The notes: a model not told the origin generated them from the letters alone. DNA of 64,000 nucleotides from an uncultured cyanobacterium (GCA_963749915.1 CAVVOP010000022.1:416001-480000); one strand, 5' to 3'. Shown: positions 9,372-20,504, numbered from the stretch's first letter. Translations and numbers: made by a program.

Positions 9372-10745
9372 CTAATAGTGTTGTTTCACGGCGTATAAAT
9401 CGGGTGCATATCCTAAGGCAAAACGCCAAGAATTAGTTATATCTTTGTTAGAAAAAACCGTGAAAATTATCAGTGCTATTATTGCCATTACTGCCGTCAT
9501 CGCAAACAGAAAACGATACCCTAAGTCTAGTAATAAACTACCTAAAATAGGACCTCCTAATGCTATTCCTATATCAAAACCACTAGAACAAACGGCGAAT
9601 ACTTTACCCCTTTCGGTGGCACTACATCTATCGGAAATTAAGGCTAGGGTAATCGGCACTAACATCCCCGATCCTGTGCCCTCTAATATGGCTGATAATA
9701 ATAAAACGTTATTACTCTGGACAAATGTCAATAAAATCATCGACAAGAGATAACAAATGATACTGATACTAATAAAAATACCTCTACCATGTTTATCGGA
9801 TGCTTGTCCTGAAATAAATCTCACGACAAAAGAGGCGATCGCTGCGGCAGTATAAAATAAACCTACGTTAAAATTAAGGGCAATATAGCGTATATAAAGG
9901 GGCAAAAATGTCACCAGTGTACCGAACAAACTACCGATTAACAATAGGATGATGGTAGGTACAAGAAAAGAAGCATTGGAAACTATTTGTTTAAAAGTAC
10001 GATCCTTCGATTTATCCTGTTTAAGAGAAATAACATCAGAGAAAGTTTTATTTTTAAGGGATGACTCAAATTCTTGGATTTGAGTAGCTAAGATTAAAGC
10101 CAAAATACCGCAACTAGCAGAGATGGTAAATAAGAATTGATAGCTAGTATATTCTTGTAGGAAACCTCCAACGGCTGGTCCTACAGCCATGCCAATGGGT
10201 ACAGCTAAACTCATATAACCGATTAACTCTCCTTTTTGTTTTGGGGGCGACAGGTCAACTACTAAGGCACTATAACCCGTGGTAAAAGCGGCGATGCTTA
10301 TACCGTGAAAAGCACGAATTGCCATCAATTCTGTAATGGAGTCTAACAATAAATATCCAATGGGAGCAAGAGTTGCTACTAATGTACCAATGATAATTAC
10401 TATTTTACGGCTAGGATAATCAACTGATTTACCAATAAATTTGCGTAAAACACGGATAAAAAAGTTAGTTATCCCTGAATTTAACCTTATGTCTTTAACT
10501 AACTCTATCAATCCGTTATCTGTTAATTTTCCTAACCAGACACGAGATAATAATAAACCAATAGCAAAGCATCCCATCACATAACCCACTTGTTTAGCCG
10601 TTGCACCAATATCTTCAATATAAGCGGGTAAAATAGGTAATAAACAGGTGATACTTGTCCAAAAAAATAAGGCACATATAAAGAGAATGAGCAAATTAAT
10701 CAACTTGCTTTTTTCTATACCCTGAAAATTTTTTAGGAAATTCAC
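9372..10745 (-). CDS. MFS transporter
   Basis: About 12 TM helices; SDKHGR motif A in the second half; RAFHG and GPAVGGFL motifs. Confidence 0.9.
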   Translation of the reverse strand: MNFLKNFQGIEKSKLINLLILFICALFFWTSITCLLPILPAYIEDIGATAKQVGYVMGCFAIGLLLSRVWLGKLTDNGLIELVKDIRLNSGITNFFIRVLRKFIGKSVDYPSRKIVIIIGTLVATLAPIGYLLLDSITELMAIRAFHGISIAAFTTGYSALVVDLSPPKQKGELIGYMSLAVPIGMAVGPAVGGFLQEYTSYQFLFTISASCGILALILATQIQEFESSLKNKTFSDVISLKQDKSKDRTFKQIVSNASFLVPTIILLLIGSLFGTLVTFLPLYIRYIALNFNVGLFYTAAAIASFVVRFISGQASDKHGRGIFISISIICYLLSMILLTFVQSNNVLLLSAILEGTGSGMLVPITLALISDRCSATERGKVFAVCSSGFDIGIALGGPILGSLLLDLGYRFLFAMTAVMAIIALIIFTVFSNKDITNSWRFALGYAPDLYAVKQHY

Positions 10746-11025
10746 GCTTTTGTCTAAGGGATTTTGTTACAAAACTTTATGTTCCATTCTACAGATAAAA
10801 AAGGGTTTTAACAATTAATCTAAAAATAAACGATTTTGATAAAACCTTTTATCTATAAATAGTGGATTCCATATTTTCATCAATCAAAAAGTCAGTTAGG
10901 TATTTACGTTTGTGGGCAAAATCCCATATTAAGTTAAGAAAAATGAAGCAGTGCCAATAATTCTTGAAAATGTTTATTAAGATGAACCATAAAGATTCTT
11001 TATCTATCTTCTTAATTTTTAATTT

Positions 11026-13278
11026 ATGGTTCACCCCCTCTACGTTGCATTTATCTGGCATCAACATCAGCCACTTTATAAATCTCGTCTCTCTAGTAAT
11101 GATTTCGGTGGTCAATATCGTTTGCCCTGGGTAAGATTACATGGCATCAAAGACTATTTAGATTTAGTTTTAATTCTCGAAAAATATCCTTTATTACATC
11201 AAACTGTCAATCTTGTTCCTTCTTTGATTTTACAGTTAGAGGAATATGCTAATGGAAGTGCCATCGATCCTTACTTAGCCTTAACTCTTACCCCCGTAAG
11301 TCAACTAACAAGAGAACAAAAAAAATATGTCATTGAATATTTTTTTGACGCTCATCATTATCATCTTATTCGCCCCCATGCTCGTTATGAAGAACTTTAT
11401 CAGGAACGTCATGCAAACGGAAAACAATGGTGTTTTGGGCATTGGCATAATCAAGATTATAGCGATTTATTGGCATGGCACAATTTGGCATGGTTTGACC
11501 CTCTTTTTTGGGATGATCCCGAAATTGCCCCATGGTTGGAAAAAGGTCAAAATTTTAATTTGAGCGATCGCCGGAATATTTGTGCCAAACAACGAGAAAT
11601 TATTGCCCGTATCATTCCGCAACATAAAAAAATGCAGGAAACAGGACAATTAGAAGTCACCACTACTCCTTACACTCATCCGATTTTGCCTTTATTAGCG
11701 GATACTAACGCCTGTCGGGTCGCTATTCCCAACATGACTTTACCTAACAGTCGTTTTCGCTGGGAAGAAGATATACCCCGTCATCTTAATAAAGCATGGG
11801 ATATGTATGAGGAGCGTTTTGGACGATCGCCGAGGGGATTATGGCCCAGTGAACAGTCCGTCAGCCCTGCCATTTTGCCCCATGTAGCCAAAAGGGGGTT
11901 TAAGTGGTTATGTTCTGATGAAGCGGTATTAGGATGGAGTCTGAATCACTTTTTCCATCGGGATGAAACGGGCAATTTATATGAACCAGAATACTTATAC
12001 CGTCCTTATCGGCTAGAAACCCCTGAAGGGGATTTAAACATCGTTTTCCGAGATCACCGTTTATCGGACTTAATCGGATTTACTTACGGGGCGATGGGTG
12101 CCAATCAAGCGGCAGGAGACTTAATCGGACATTTAGAAGCTATTTCCCGACAACTAAAACAAAGACAATGGGAAAATGAAAGTACCCTAGAAAAACCCTG
12201 GTTAGTGACGATCGCCCTAGACGGTGAAAATTGTTGGGAATTTTACGAACAAGACGGCAAATTATTCTTAGAATCCCTTTATAGTCGGCTATCCCAACAA
12301 TCACAAATCAAATTAGTTACCGTTTCTGAATTTATCGAACAATTTCCCCCCACTGATACCCTCAATAGTGGCAGTTTACATAGTGGTTCATGGGTTGATG
12401 GTAGCTTTAATACCTGGATTGGAGATCCTGCTAAAAATCGGGCTTGGGAATATCTCAAAGCCGCCCGTGAAACCCTTGCTAAACATCCCGAAGCCACAGA
12501 AGAAAAGAACCCCGAAGTATGGGAAGCACTTTTCGCCGCCGAGGGTTCCGATTGGTTTTGGTGGTTTGGCGATCCTCACCATTCCAACCATGATGCCATG
12601 TTTGATCAATTGTTCAGAGAACATTTGATTGCACTATATCAGGCTTTAGATGAAACTCCGCCAGAGTATTTATATCAACCTGTTGCCGAAGTAGAAACCA
12701 AATTAGCCAACGATTATTTACCGGCCAGTTTCATTCATCCCGTCATAGACGGTAGAGGAGACGAGGAAAATTGGGATAAGGCTGGAAAAATCAAAATTGG
12801 TGGAGCAAGGGGGACAATGCACCGTGCAAGTACCATTCCTGCGATCTTTTACGGTTGGGATCACCTTAACTTTTATCTGCGTTTTGACTTAAAACCCGGA
12901 GTTAAACCAGGACAAGATTTACCCTCAGAATTACACTTAACTTGGTTTTACCCAGGTAGATTAACTCATAATAATCATATTTCTTTAGGCAACTTACCTG
13001 ATGAAGCTCCCCTTAATTATTACTATCATCATCATCTCGTTATTAACTTAGTAACTCAAACTTACTGGTTACAAGAGGCTGGAGAAGATTTAAATTGGCA
13101 TTCTCGTTATTGCAGTGCCAAAATTGCCTTAGATACCTGTGTAGAAGTTTCTGTGCCTTGGAAAGATTTAGATATCGACCCCGATGCTGAAATCAACTTA
13201 GTAGCCATATTAGCAGAAAATGGTCAATATAAGGAATATTTGCCCGAAAACACCTTAATTCGTCTACAAGCACCGTAA
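11026..13278 (+). CDS. Glycoside hydrolase family 57 (amylopullulanase-like)
   Basis: WHQHQP, HPILPLL, GLWPSE, IALDGEN.WE and AEGSDWFWW motifs. Confidence 0.92.
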   Translation: MVHPLYVAFIWHQHQPLYKSRLSSNDFGGQYRLPWVRLHGIKDYLDLVLILEKYPLLHQTVNLVPSLILQLEEYANGSAIDPYLALTLTPVSQLTREQKKYVIEYFFDAHHYHLIRPHARYEELYQERHANGKQWCFGHWHNQDYSDLLAWHNLAWFDPLFWDDPEIAPWLEKGQNFNLSDRRNICAKQREIIARIIPQHKKMQETGQLEVTTTPYTHPILPLLADTNACRVAIPNMTLPNSRFRWEEDIPRHLNKAWDMYEERFGRSPRGLWPSEQSVSPAILPHVAKRGFKWLCSDEAVLGWSLNHFFHRDETGNLYEPEYLYRPYRLETPEGDLNIVFRDHRLSDLIGFTYGAMGANQAAGDLIGHLEAISRQLKQRQWENESTLEKPWLVTIALDGENCWEFYEQDGKLFLESLYSRLSQQSQIKLVTVSEFIEQFPPTDTLNSGSLHSGSWVDGSFNTWIGDPAKNRAWEYLKAARETLAKHPEATEEKNPEVWEALFAAEGSDWFWWFGDPHHSNHDAMFDQLFREHLIALYQALDETPPEYLYQPVAEVETKLANDYLPASFIHPVIDGRGDEENWDKAGKIKIGGARGTMHRASTIPAIFYGWDHLNFYLRFDLKPGVKPGQDLPSELHLTWFYPGRLTHNNHISLGNLPDEAPLNYYYHHHLVINLVTQTYWLQEAGEDLNWHSRYCSAKIALDTCVEVSVPWKDLDIDPDAEINLVAILAENGQYKEYLPENTLIRLQAP

Positions 13279-13280
13279 TC

Positions 13281-13450
13281 CTGAGATCTTGCGCCTCTGC
13301 TAAAAGCTCTAAAAATTTAGGTTTGAGGTTTGAGGTTTTAGGTTAAGAAAAAAGAAGTAAATTCGAGTTATTGTGGGAAAAGTCCCCTTAATTCCTGTCT
13401 CAACTTTTAAAAATAGCTAAAAAATCCCTAACCTAACACCCAACCCAATA
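13281..13450. repeat. Degenerate repeat element with short GGTTTGA and CCTAACA-type repeats
   Basis: CTGAGATCTTGC end followed by short imperfect tandem repeats in opposite orientations. Confidence 0.4.
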
Positions 13451-13509
13451 CTGGGAGGGATTTGAATCCTTAGAGAGAAAATTTGAACTTTGTATTACAT
13501 AACAAGCGA

Positions 13510-15876
13510 CTACTCCCTTGTCTTCAACACAGCAACCAAATCTAAACCATCGATTTGACGACGAATAATTGAACCTGAAACTAATCCAGCGATCGCCACT
13601 ATGATAAAAGTAAAAGCATAATTAGATTTGGTAATTATTAAAGGTAAACGATATAATTCGGAGTTGTATGCAGAAGACATTAATGCGGCTAAACCGTAGC
13701 CGATTAAATAACCTACGGGAATTGCTAATAAAATTAAAATTGCTTGTTCTCCCAGTAAAATAAAGGCAACTTCAGCCTTAGTAAAGCCGATAATTCGCAG
13801 ACTGGCTAGTTCTCTTCCCCTTTCCGAAAGGGCGATACGGGCAGAATTATAAACAACGCTAAAGGTAATAATACAAGCAAAAATCACTAGCCAAGTAGTC
13901 ATTATATTGAGATTTTCCCCACTAATTTCTTGAAAACTATTTAAACTAGCTTTACGAGTAGATATTCCTGTCACTGCCGGGATTTGTTTTAATTCTGTAT
14001 AAAGTTGATTTGCCATAGGGAAATCGACAGAAAGATAAGCCCCAGAAATAGTTGCCCCTTCACGCATCAAGCGATTGAGGGCGTGAATATCAATATATAC
14101 TTGTATTCCTAACAGTTCATCGACTAATCCAGCTACTGTAATTTGACGCACAGGACGACTTCCTTCCAACACTTGTACGGTAAGAATATCTCCGGGTTTA
14201 ACCCCTAATATTTCGGCTAGTTTGGTCGTTATGACTACTCCATTACTAGGGAGATAAATTGAGTGTAAATTCTTATCTAGTAAACGACGCAATTGTCCTT
14301 GGGCTTGAATGCCAGTTAAAACCGCACGATAGTTGTGATGTTCAAAACGCAGTCGTACAGGAACTAAGCGAAATACTTCAGAATCAATTACTCCAGGTAA
14401 ATTAGCCACCTCATAACGAGTGCGAGAAGGGTGGGGTTCATTAAATATAATAGTCATGTCTTCTCTTTGTACCTGACGGAATTGAAAATCCATCAAATAG
14501 TTAATCCCATCTTTCAGATAATTCCCCGTAATTAGAATTGCTACTGCTAAGGAAATTCCCAGAATTGATAAACTAGCCTGAACCGGTTTGCGTTCTAAAT
14601 TCCTTAAAATAATTCTTCCTGTCACAGAAAAAAAACGCTGTAACCCTAGTCTTTCAATTATGGTGGCCTTAAACTGGGCGGGAGGTTCAGGGTGCATTCC
14701 TTGAGCTGGAGGTAAGGAAACAGCTTTATTCACGGCCATAAATGCTCCGATGGCAGCGGCAGAATAACTGACGATAATGGCAGTGGCCAACACTTTAGGA
14801 GTAAAATCATAACGCAGCAAGGGAAACTTATAAAACTGGGCGTAAAGTTGTGTAAGACCTCTTCCCAACCATAAACCGCCTAAAATACCTAAGATTGAGC
14901 CAAAAGTAACAATAATTAGCACAAATTTTAAATAGTGCCCACCAATGGTCAAATTATCATAACCAAAAGCCTTCAAGACAGCTATCTGTTCCCTTTGTGT
15001 ACCTACCAAACGGGATAAAACCACGTGCAGCAGAAAAGCCGCAATACCCAAGAAAATTGAAGGTAGTAGGGTTGCCATAATTTCTAAACCCTTAATCTCG
15101 TCAGAGAGAATGGAATGGGAAATTTGGTCCTCTCTTCCGTAAGCACCTAAACCGCCATAACGGGCTAACAATTTATCCAATTGGCTAATAACCTCAATCT
15201 CCTTGGCCCCAGGACTCAAAAAGAGGGTAAGATTGTTAAAGGCACCATCAAGATCATAGGCTTTCCCCAAGGCATCTCGACCCATCCAAATAATGCCAAA
15301 CCGTTTATTATCAGGATACAATTCTCCTGCCCCTCTTACCTCATAGACATATTCAGGAGAAAGGGCAGTACCGACAATCTGTAGCCTTTCCCATTTCCCA
15401 TTAATAATTGCCCCAATGCTATCTCCCAAGTGTAATTGATTTGATTTAGCAAATACTTCGCTAATCAATACTTCATCTCCTCTCCCTGGTTCGATATAAC
15501 GTCCCTGACGGATAAAAATATCGTTTAGCATCGAAACTTGTTGTTCGGGGATAGAAATCAATCTCCCTGTAGCCGGTTCAGGTAAATTAGGAATATCTAA
15601 GGTAACATCCACGACAATGCGGGTTTGAGTTTGGGCTACCCCCGGTATATCGGCAATTTGTTCTTTAAGGGTTTCAGGGGCACGTTTGAGAGAGGTAAAA
15701 ACTTGGGCAAAATGATATTCGTTATAGTAAGTATTTTGAGTTAAAGTTAGGGATGTATAAGCACTCCTCGCCATGACAAAACTAGCAATGCCACAGGCAA
15801 CTACTAATGCGATCGCCATTAATTGTCCCCGTGCGTACCATAAGTCTCGAAATAATTTGCGATCGAGGGAGGTCAT
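13510..15876 (-). CDS. FtsX/MacB-type ABC transporter permease (two-domain)
   Basis: LDRKLFRDL start, EQIAVLKAFGY and RELASLRIIG motifs. Confidence 0.88.
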   Translation of the reverse strand: MTSLDRKLFRDLWYARGQLMAIALVVACGIASFVMARSAYTSLTLTQNTYYNEYHFAQVFTSLKRAPETLKEQIADIPGVAQTQTRIVVDVTLDIPNLPEPATGRLISIPEQQVSMLNDIFIRQGRYIEPGRGDEVLISEVFAKSNQLHLGDSIGAIINGKWERLQIVGTALSPEYVYEVRGAGELYPDNKRFGIIWMGRDALGKAYDLDGAFNNLTLFLSPGAKEIEVISQLDKLLARYGGLGAYGREDQISHSILSDEIKGLEIMATLLPSIFLGIAAFLLHVVLSRLVGTQREQIAVLKAFGYDNLTIGGHYLKFVLIIVTFGSILGILGGLWLGRGLTQLYAQFYKFPLLRYDFTPKVLATAIIVSYSAAAIGAFMAVNKAVSLPPAQGMHPEPPAQFKATIIERLGLQRFFSVTGRIILRNLERKPVQASLSILGISLAVAILITGNYLKDGINYLMDFQFRQVQREDMTIIFNEPHPSRTRYEVANLPGVIDSEVFRLVPVRLRFEHHNYRAVLTGIQAQGQLRRLLDKNLHSIYLPSNGVVITTKLAEILGVKPGDILTVQVLEGSRPVRQITVAGLVDELLGIQVYIDIHALNRLMREGATISGAYLSVDFPMANQLYTELKQIPAVTGISTRKASLNSFQEISGENLNIMTTWLVIFACIITFSVVYNSARIALSERGRELASLRIIGFTKAEVAFILLGEQAILILLAIPVGYLIGYGLAALMSSAYNSELYRLPLIITKSNYAFTFIIVAIAGLVSGSIIRRQIDGLDLVAVLKTRE

Positions 15877-15992
15877 ATACTAAATGGGAATGAATTGATG
15901 GTAATTATATCGCTCCAAGGATCGGTTAATCAATTATACTCTAACTGACTAATCACGGGAGCAACATTTTTATGATCTTGAGCAACATAAAT

Positions 15993-16667
15993 TCACCAAG
16001 GTAAAATTTCTCCGTTGGCATGCCAGAAGGTTCCTGTGTTTTCTAGATTTAATTCCTCAATTCTAGACAATAGTCCTTCTACCGATTGTTTGGGAGTAAT
16101 ACCAGAATTGGTAAACCCGGTCATGCGTGTTTTCACTAAGCCTGGATGAAGAATAGCCACCGCAATACCTTTGGGTTTTAGGTCTATGGATAGTGATTTC
16201 CCTGCCATCGATACGGCTACCTTCGACATACGATAGCCGTAATATCCTCCTGATGTATTGTCTTCAATTGATCCCATACGACTAGTCATCACAATGATTT
16301 TTGAGCCTTCTTTGAGATTAGGTAGTAAGGCCTTGGTTAAACGTAGGGTTCCTATGGCATTGACTTCGAATTGCTTACGAATGCCATCGAAATCCAGATT
16401 TTCTAGACTTGTGGACTCTAATATGCCAGCATTATTAATCAAAACGTCAATTGGTTTGCCCTTTAGCTTTTTGACTAGCTTAGCAACCGATTCGTCAGAA
16501 GTAATATCTACTCCTGGCTCTATAGATACACCGAGATTATTCAACTCCTCTGAAGTGCCTCGACAAACAGCAATTACTTGATGTTCTTTTTCTTTTAGTT
16601 GACGACAATATTCTAAACCAATACCTCGATTAGCTCCGGTGACTAAATAAGTACCCATTTCTAGCAT
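15993..16667 (-). CDS. Short-chain dehydrogenase/reductase (CsgA-like)
   Basis: TGANRGIG, NNAG, Y.YRMSK and LHPG.V.T motifs. Confidence 0.92.
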   Translation of the reverse strand: MLEMGTYLVTGANRGIGLEYCRQLKEKEHQVIAVCRGTSEELNNLGVSIEPGVDITSDESVAKLVKKLKGKPIDVLINNAGILESTSLENLDFDGIRKQFEVNAIGTLRLTKALLPNLKEGSKIIVMTSRMGSIEDNTSGGYYGYRMSKVAVSMAGKSLSIDLKPKGIAVAILHPGLVKTRMTGFTNSGITPKQSVEGLLSRIEELNLENTGTFWHANGEILPW

Positions 16668-16826
16668 ACCTTTGAATATTTATACTTGATCAATTGCCTA
16701 AAATATTATACTAACTCATTGTTATTTAATCGCAATATCACTAAGAGAAGGAAATTGAAAGGTAACTTACCATGACGAAACACCTATTCCTTGGCATTTG
16801 GGTAATAAAGAAGACTTACAAGCAAT

Positions 16827-19010
16827 TTATCTACGGCATTTGGGATTAGGATTATTTAAACACGTCCAATTATCTAAACGGGAAGGATTAGAAGTTGAGT
16901 CCGATTGAATAGAAGTTGAGTCAGACTTAATAGAAATTGAACGGGAGAGATTAGAAGTTGAGTTAGACTTAGTAGAAATTGAACGGGGGGGACTAGAAGT
17001 TGCATTAGACTTAGTAGAATTTGACCTTAAGCGACTAGTGCTTGAGCGAGAACGACGTGTTGATCTGGAAGGAGAAGAGGCTGAAGGAGAGGGAGGGATT
17101 GATCTGGGACGGGCCTGATATCTTTTCCTAGATGTAGCAGCAGCTTGAGCACTTGCAATTCCGGCTTTTGCCTTTTGGATAATTAGTTCCCTTTGCTTTT
17201 GCCAGTAGTCATTATCGCTGATTTTCTGGGCTGCATTAATAGCATCTTGCCAGCGACCCCCATTTATTGCCTGTTGAGCGGCTTGCAGATGAGTTTGATT
17301 CTCATTCCATTCTTGATTCCACTGTTGAATTGTTTCCTGTGCCTTTTGAACCCAAGGACCAAAATTGGGAATAGCTCTGGCGATCGCTATTGCTTCCTTG
17401 AGATTTCCTCCTTGGTATTTGTTGGTGGCGATTTGGAACATTTCTTCACACCAGCGAGATATAAGTTGCTGTGCTTCTAAATAAAAATTAGTATCCGTAG
17501 GAACTTGGGTCGCCAAGACGATCGCCTCTTTTAATCTGCTCTGTTCAGCCAGCTTTCTTGCCTGATCCAGTTGTTTTTTCAGCTGTCCTTGTTGGCAATC
17601 AGACTGAAGACTTTGTGCTTCAGTGTTTAATTGCGAATCAGTGTTTAATTGTGAATAAGTTTGGGAGAATCCTTGCACTTGTTGTAGACATTCTTGGTAT
17701 TTTTCCGCTTCCTTAAGTGCCTCGATTTGTCCTAAAGCTTCCTGAGCCTTTAAATAAGCCTGCTTGTAGGTGATGTAACTATAACCAGCAAATATACTTG
17801 CAAACACAGAGATAATTCCTGCTCCCATCAGCAGTAGAGACTTGTTGAGAGGAACCAACATAGGAGTAAGGCGGCTAGACTTTAAGTCTTCCGATGGCAC
17901 TAATAAATCTACAGGAGGAACTAAATTCTTCCTCTGTTCTCCATCAGAGGTTATTATGGGATTTATCCGGCTCCTGCCCATAGTTAGTGGAAGCAGACGT
18001 TTGTGATTGACTAGTGGCTTAGGTTTTCGCACTACTTCAGTAATTCGGATAGGCCCTAAATCTTGTGCTGTTGCTAATGAATCCAGGGGAGAAATTAAAC
18101 TTTTCCTCTTTTCTCCTTGAGGATCTAATTTTTGACTTACTTTACTGCCGTCTGAAGTTGTTGAGATAATTAGTGGGATTTGCTCGTTATTGGTTAGTGG
18201 TTGAAGTTCTTGTAGAACTTCGGTAGCCGACTGATAGCGATTTTGAAAATGGTAGCGAACCATCTTACTAAGGATAACAGCTAGCTCATCACTAACCTCC
18301 GCAAAACCTTGCCAGATAACCTCACCATTCTTATCTTCACGTAGGCGAAGGGGGGGGACGCCTGTAAGGGCTTGAATACAAGTTATTCCTAAGGCATAAA
18401 TATCACTGTTAAAGCGTGGTTTACCTCGTAACTGCTCCATAGGTATGTATCCTTGGGTGCCAATAGAGATAGTCGTTTGAGTCAGCGGTGCATTAGTAAA
18501 CATGTTGGGAGAACGAATTTGCTTGACGGCACCAAAGTCAATCAAGACTAATCGACCATCTTTCCGTCGCCTAATCAAATTATTGGGTTTGATATCGCGG
18601 TGAATAACCTCATAACTATGAACAAATTCTAGAATCGGTAAGACATCTTGTAACATTTCGATGACTTGGTTTTCAGTCCAGGGAGTGCCAGTTTTTATTT
18701 GCATACTGAGGGTTTCACCCTCGATTAACTCTTGTACTAAGTAAAATTCTTGGTTTTCTTCAAAGTAAGCCAACAGTCGAGGAATCTGGTTATGCTGACC
18801 AAGTTTTTCTAATATTTCTGCTTCTTGGTGAAATAGACGCCTGGCACTTGGCAAAAAACTAGGATCATTATCCATAGGCTTGAGGAATTTGACGGCACAC
18901 CTAGGGTGACCAGGTCGGTGAAGGTCTTCCGCAATATACGTTTTAGCTAATCCCCCTTTTCCCAAGTTTTGAACGATTCGGTAGTGTCCGCCTAATATTT
19001 GATTTAACAT
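16827..19010 (-). CDS. Membrane Ser/Thr protein kinase with helical extracellular repeats and a Ser-rich tail
   Basis: LGKGG, AVK, HRDIKPNN, DFG and SDIYALG motifs; TM segment near aa 395-412. Confidence 0.92.
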   Translation of the reverse strand: MLNQILGGHYRIVQNLGKGGLAKTYIAEDLHRPGHPRCAVKFLKPMDNDPSFLPSARRLFHQEAEILEKLGQHNQIPRLLAYFEENQEFYLVQELIEGETLSMQIKTGTPWTENQVIEMLQDVLPILEFVHSYEVIHRDIKPNNLIRRRKDGRLVLIDFGAVKQIRSPNMFTNAPLTQTTISIGTQGYIPMEQLRGKPRFNSDIYALGITCIQALTGVPPLRLREDKNGEVIWQGFAEVSDELAVILSKMVRYHFQNRYQSATEVLQELQPLTNNEQIPLIISTTSDGSKVSQKLDPQGEKRKSLISPLDSLATAQDLGPIRITEVVRKPKPLVNHKRLLPLTMGRSRINPIITSDGEQRKNLVPPVDLLVPSEDLKSSRLTPMLVPLNKSLLLMGAGIISVFASIFAGYSYITYKQAYLKAQEALGQIEALKEAEKYQECLQQVQGFSQTYSQLNTDSQLNTEAQSLQSDCQQGQLKKQLDQARKLAEQSRLKEAIVLATQVPTDTNFYLEAQQLISRWCEEMFQIATNKYQGGNLKEAIAIARAIPNFGPWVQKAQETIQQWNQEWNENQTHLQAAQQAINGGRWQDAINAAQKISDNDYWQKQRELIIQKAKAGIASAQAAATSRKRYQARPRSIPPSPSASSPSRSTRRSRSSTSRLRSNSTKSNATSSPPRSISTKSNSTSNLSRSISIKSDSTSIQSDSTSNPSRLDNWTCLNNPNPKCRR

Positions 19011-19337
19011 TGCCTAATGTCCCTGGGTCTCAACAAAATCATTACATGTAATCTGATTTAACTAGGGCTTGCTGAAGATGTCAATCAGTCATCTTGATAT
19101 TTCCTAGCTAGATTTGCATTATAGTCTATCACCCGCTTTCTCCGTTGCCGCGATCACGGAGTGGCAGGAGAAGGGTAATCGCCCCAAAACTCAGTTTTTC
19201 ACTTTCATTTGCGGAGCATAATTTTACCTTCTGCCTCCCGCCTCCTGACTTGAAAGTGCCAACTTTCATCTCTGATGGTGAAAATTTTTTTTCATGGGGA
19301 CTGCCTTCTGCCTTCGCTCCGTTAGGAACTTATTATT

Positions 19338-20504
19338 TTAATGATGGTGGTGATGGTGATGATCTCCATGATTGTGATTATGATCATGATGATGTCCACG
19401 GGTGTGACTACCAGTGGCTAGGCTAGGATTAATCACCATTGCAGTTTCTGTGAGTAAAGATTCAATGAGAGGATTCGCCCATTCTGCGGCGATCGCACAA
19501 AATTCATCGTTATCGTTAACGCACTCCATCTGTACATAATTGACAGTAGGATATTTTCTTTGTAAGGTTTCGATAATATGCTCAACATCTAACAAAGTTT
19601 CATGATTTTCCGTAGCGAAGCCAATGGGCATAAAGACTAAGGCTTTTGCCCCTAACTCGATAAGATTTCTACCGGCTAATTCGGCGTTGGGTTGAGTCCA
19701 TTTTATCAACGGTGTCTGATGATTTAACCAACCAACGGAAATCATAGGGAAACGATTGATAAGTTTTTCTCTCACTAAGTCATATAATTTTTGACTTTCA
19801 TCAATGCCAGAAGTGAATCCTTTGGCTTCATGAGGACAACCGTGATTCATTAAAACAATCCCGATTTCTGAGGGTAAATAGGCTGAACTTAAACGATTAC
19901 TTATTTCTTTTTCCACCATTTTAGCCAACAAATCGATGTATTTCGGTTCATTATAAAAAGAAGGTAGATAACGCATGGATTTAATCCAATGTTCTTCTAA
20001 ATTCGTCGGTTTTGCCAAGGCTTGGTTGACTTGTTCTACGGCTATACCACTGGTGAAAATTGAATCTACTACTAACAAGGGATAGATCAATATTTTATCA
20101 AAGCCTTCGGCTTGGATTTCCGCCAACACCTGATGAGGTAAATTCGGAGCACAAAAATTGAAAGCCTTAAATACCTTAACTCGATCCCCCCATGTATGTC
20201 TAAGATGATGTTCTATGTTATGCCGTTGACGCTCAAAAATGGCGTTATGGGGGGAGATAAAATTACCATGCTGATGACTCCACTCGTGTAAGTCAAACAT
20301 AGCCAATAATTTAGCGATGGGGGGATATATCCATGTTGGCACAGGGGCGAATTTTGCTGTCAAAAGATTCAACGCCTGTTCGTTATAGTTAGCAAAGTCA
20401 TCATAACTTTCTACTTCGCCGTATCCCATTAATAACACCGCTACTTTATCCTGAGAATTTACTGGGGAGTTGGTGTCGATAATTCTTTCTGGAGTTGCAA
20501 CCAC
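19338..20504 (-). CDS. Ferrochelatase-family (class II chelatase) protein with a His-rich C-terminus
   Basis: VLLMGYG, NHG.P and PIGFATENHETLLD motifs; tail GHHHDHNHNHGDHHHHHHH; no CAB domain. Confidence 0.8.
   Translation of the reverse strand: MVATPERIIDTNSPVNSQDKVAVLLMGYGEVESYDDFANYNEQALNLLTAKFAPVPTWIYPPIAKLLAMFDLHEWSHQHGNFISPHNAIFERQRHNIEHHLRHTWGDRVKVFKAFNFCAPNLPHQVLAEIQAEGFDKILIYPLLVVDSIFTSGIAVEQVNQALAKPTNLEEHWIKSMRYLPSFYNEPKYIDLLAKMVEKEISNRLSSAYLPSEIGIVLMNHGCPHEAKGFTSGIDESQKLYDLVREKLINRFPMISVGWLNHQTPLIKWTQPNAELAGRNLIELGAKALVFMPIGFATENHETLLDVEHIIETLQRKYPTVNYVQMECVNDNDEFCAIAAEWANPLIESLLTETAMVINPSLATGSHTRGHHHDHNHNHGDHHHHHHH

Noticed and set aside
19145..19426. 93-aa plus-strand ORF
   Set aside because: It is antisense to the His-tail codons and runs through repeat DNA.
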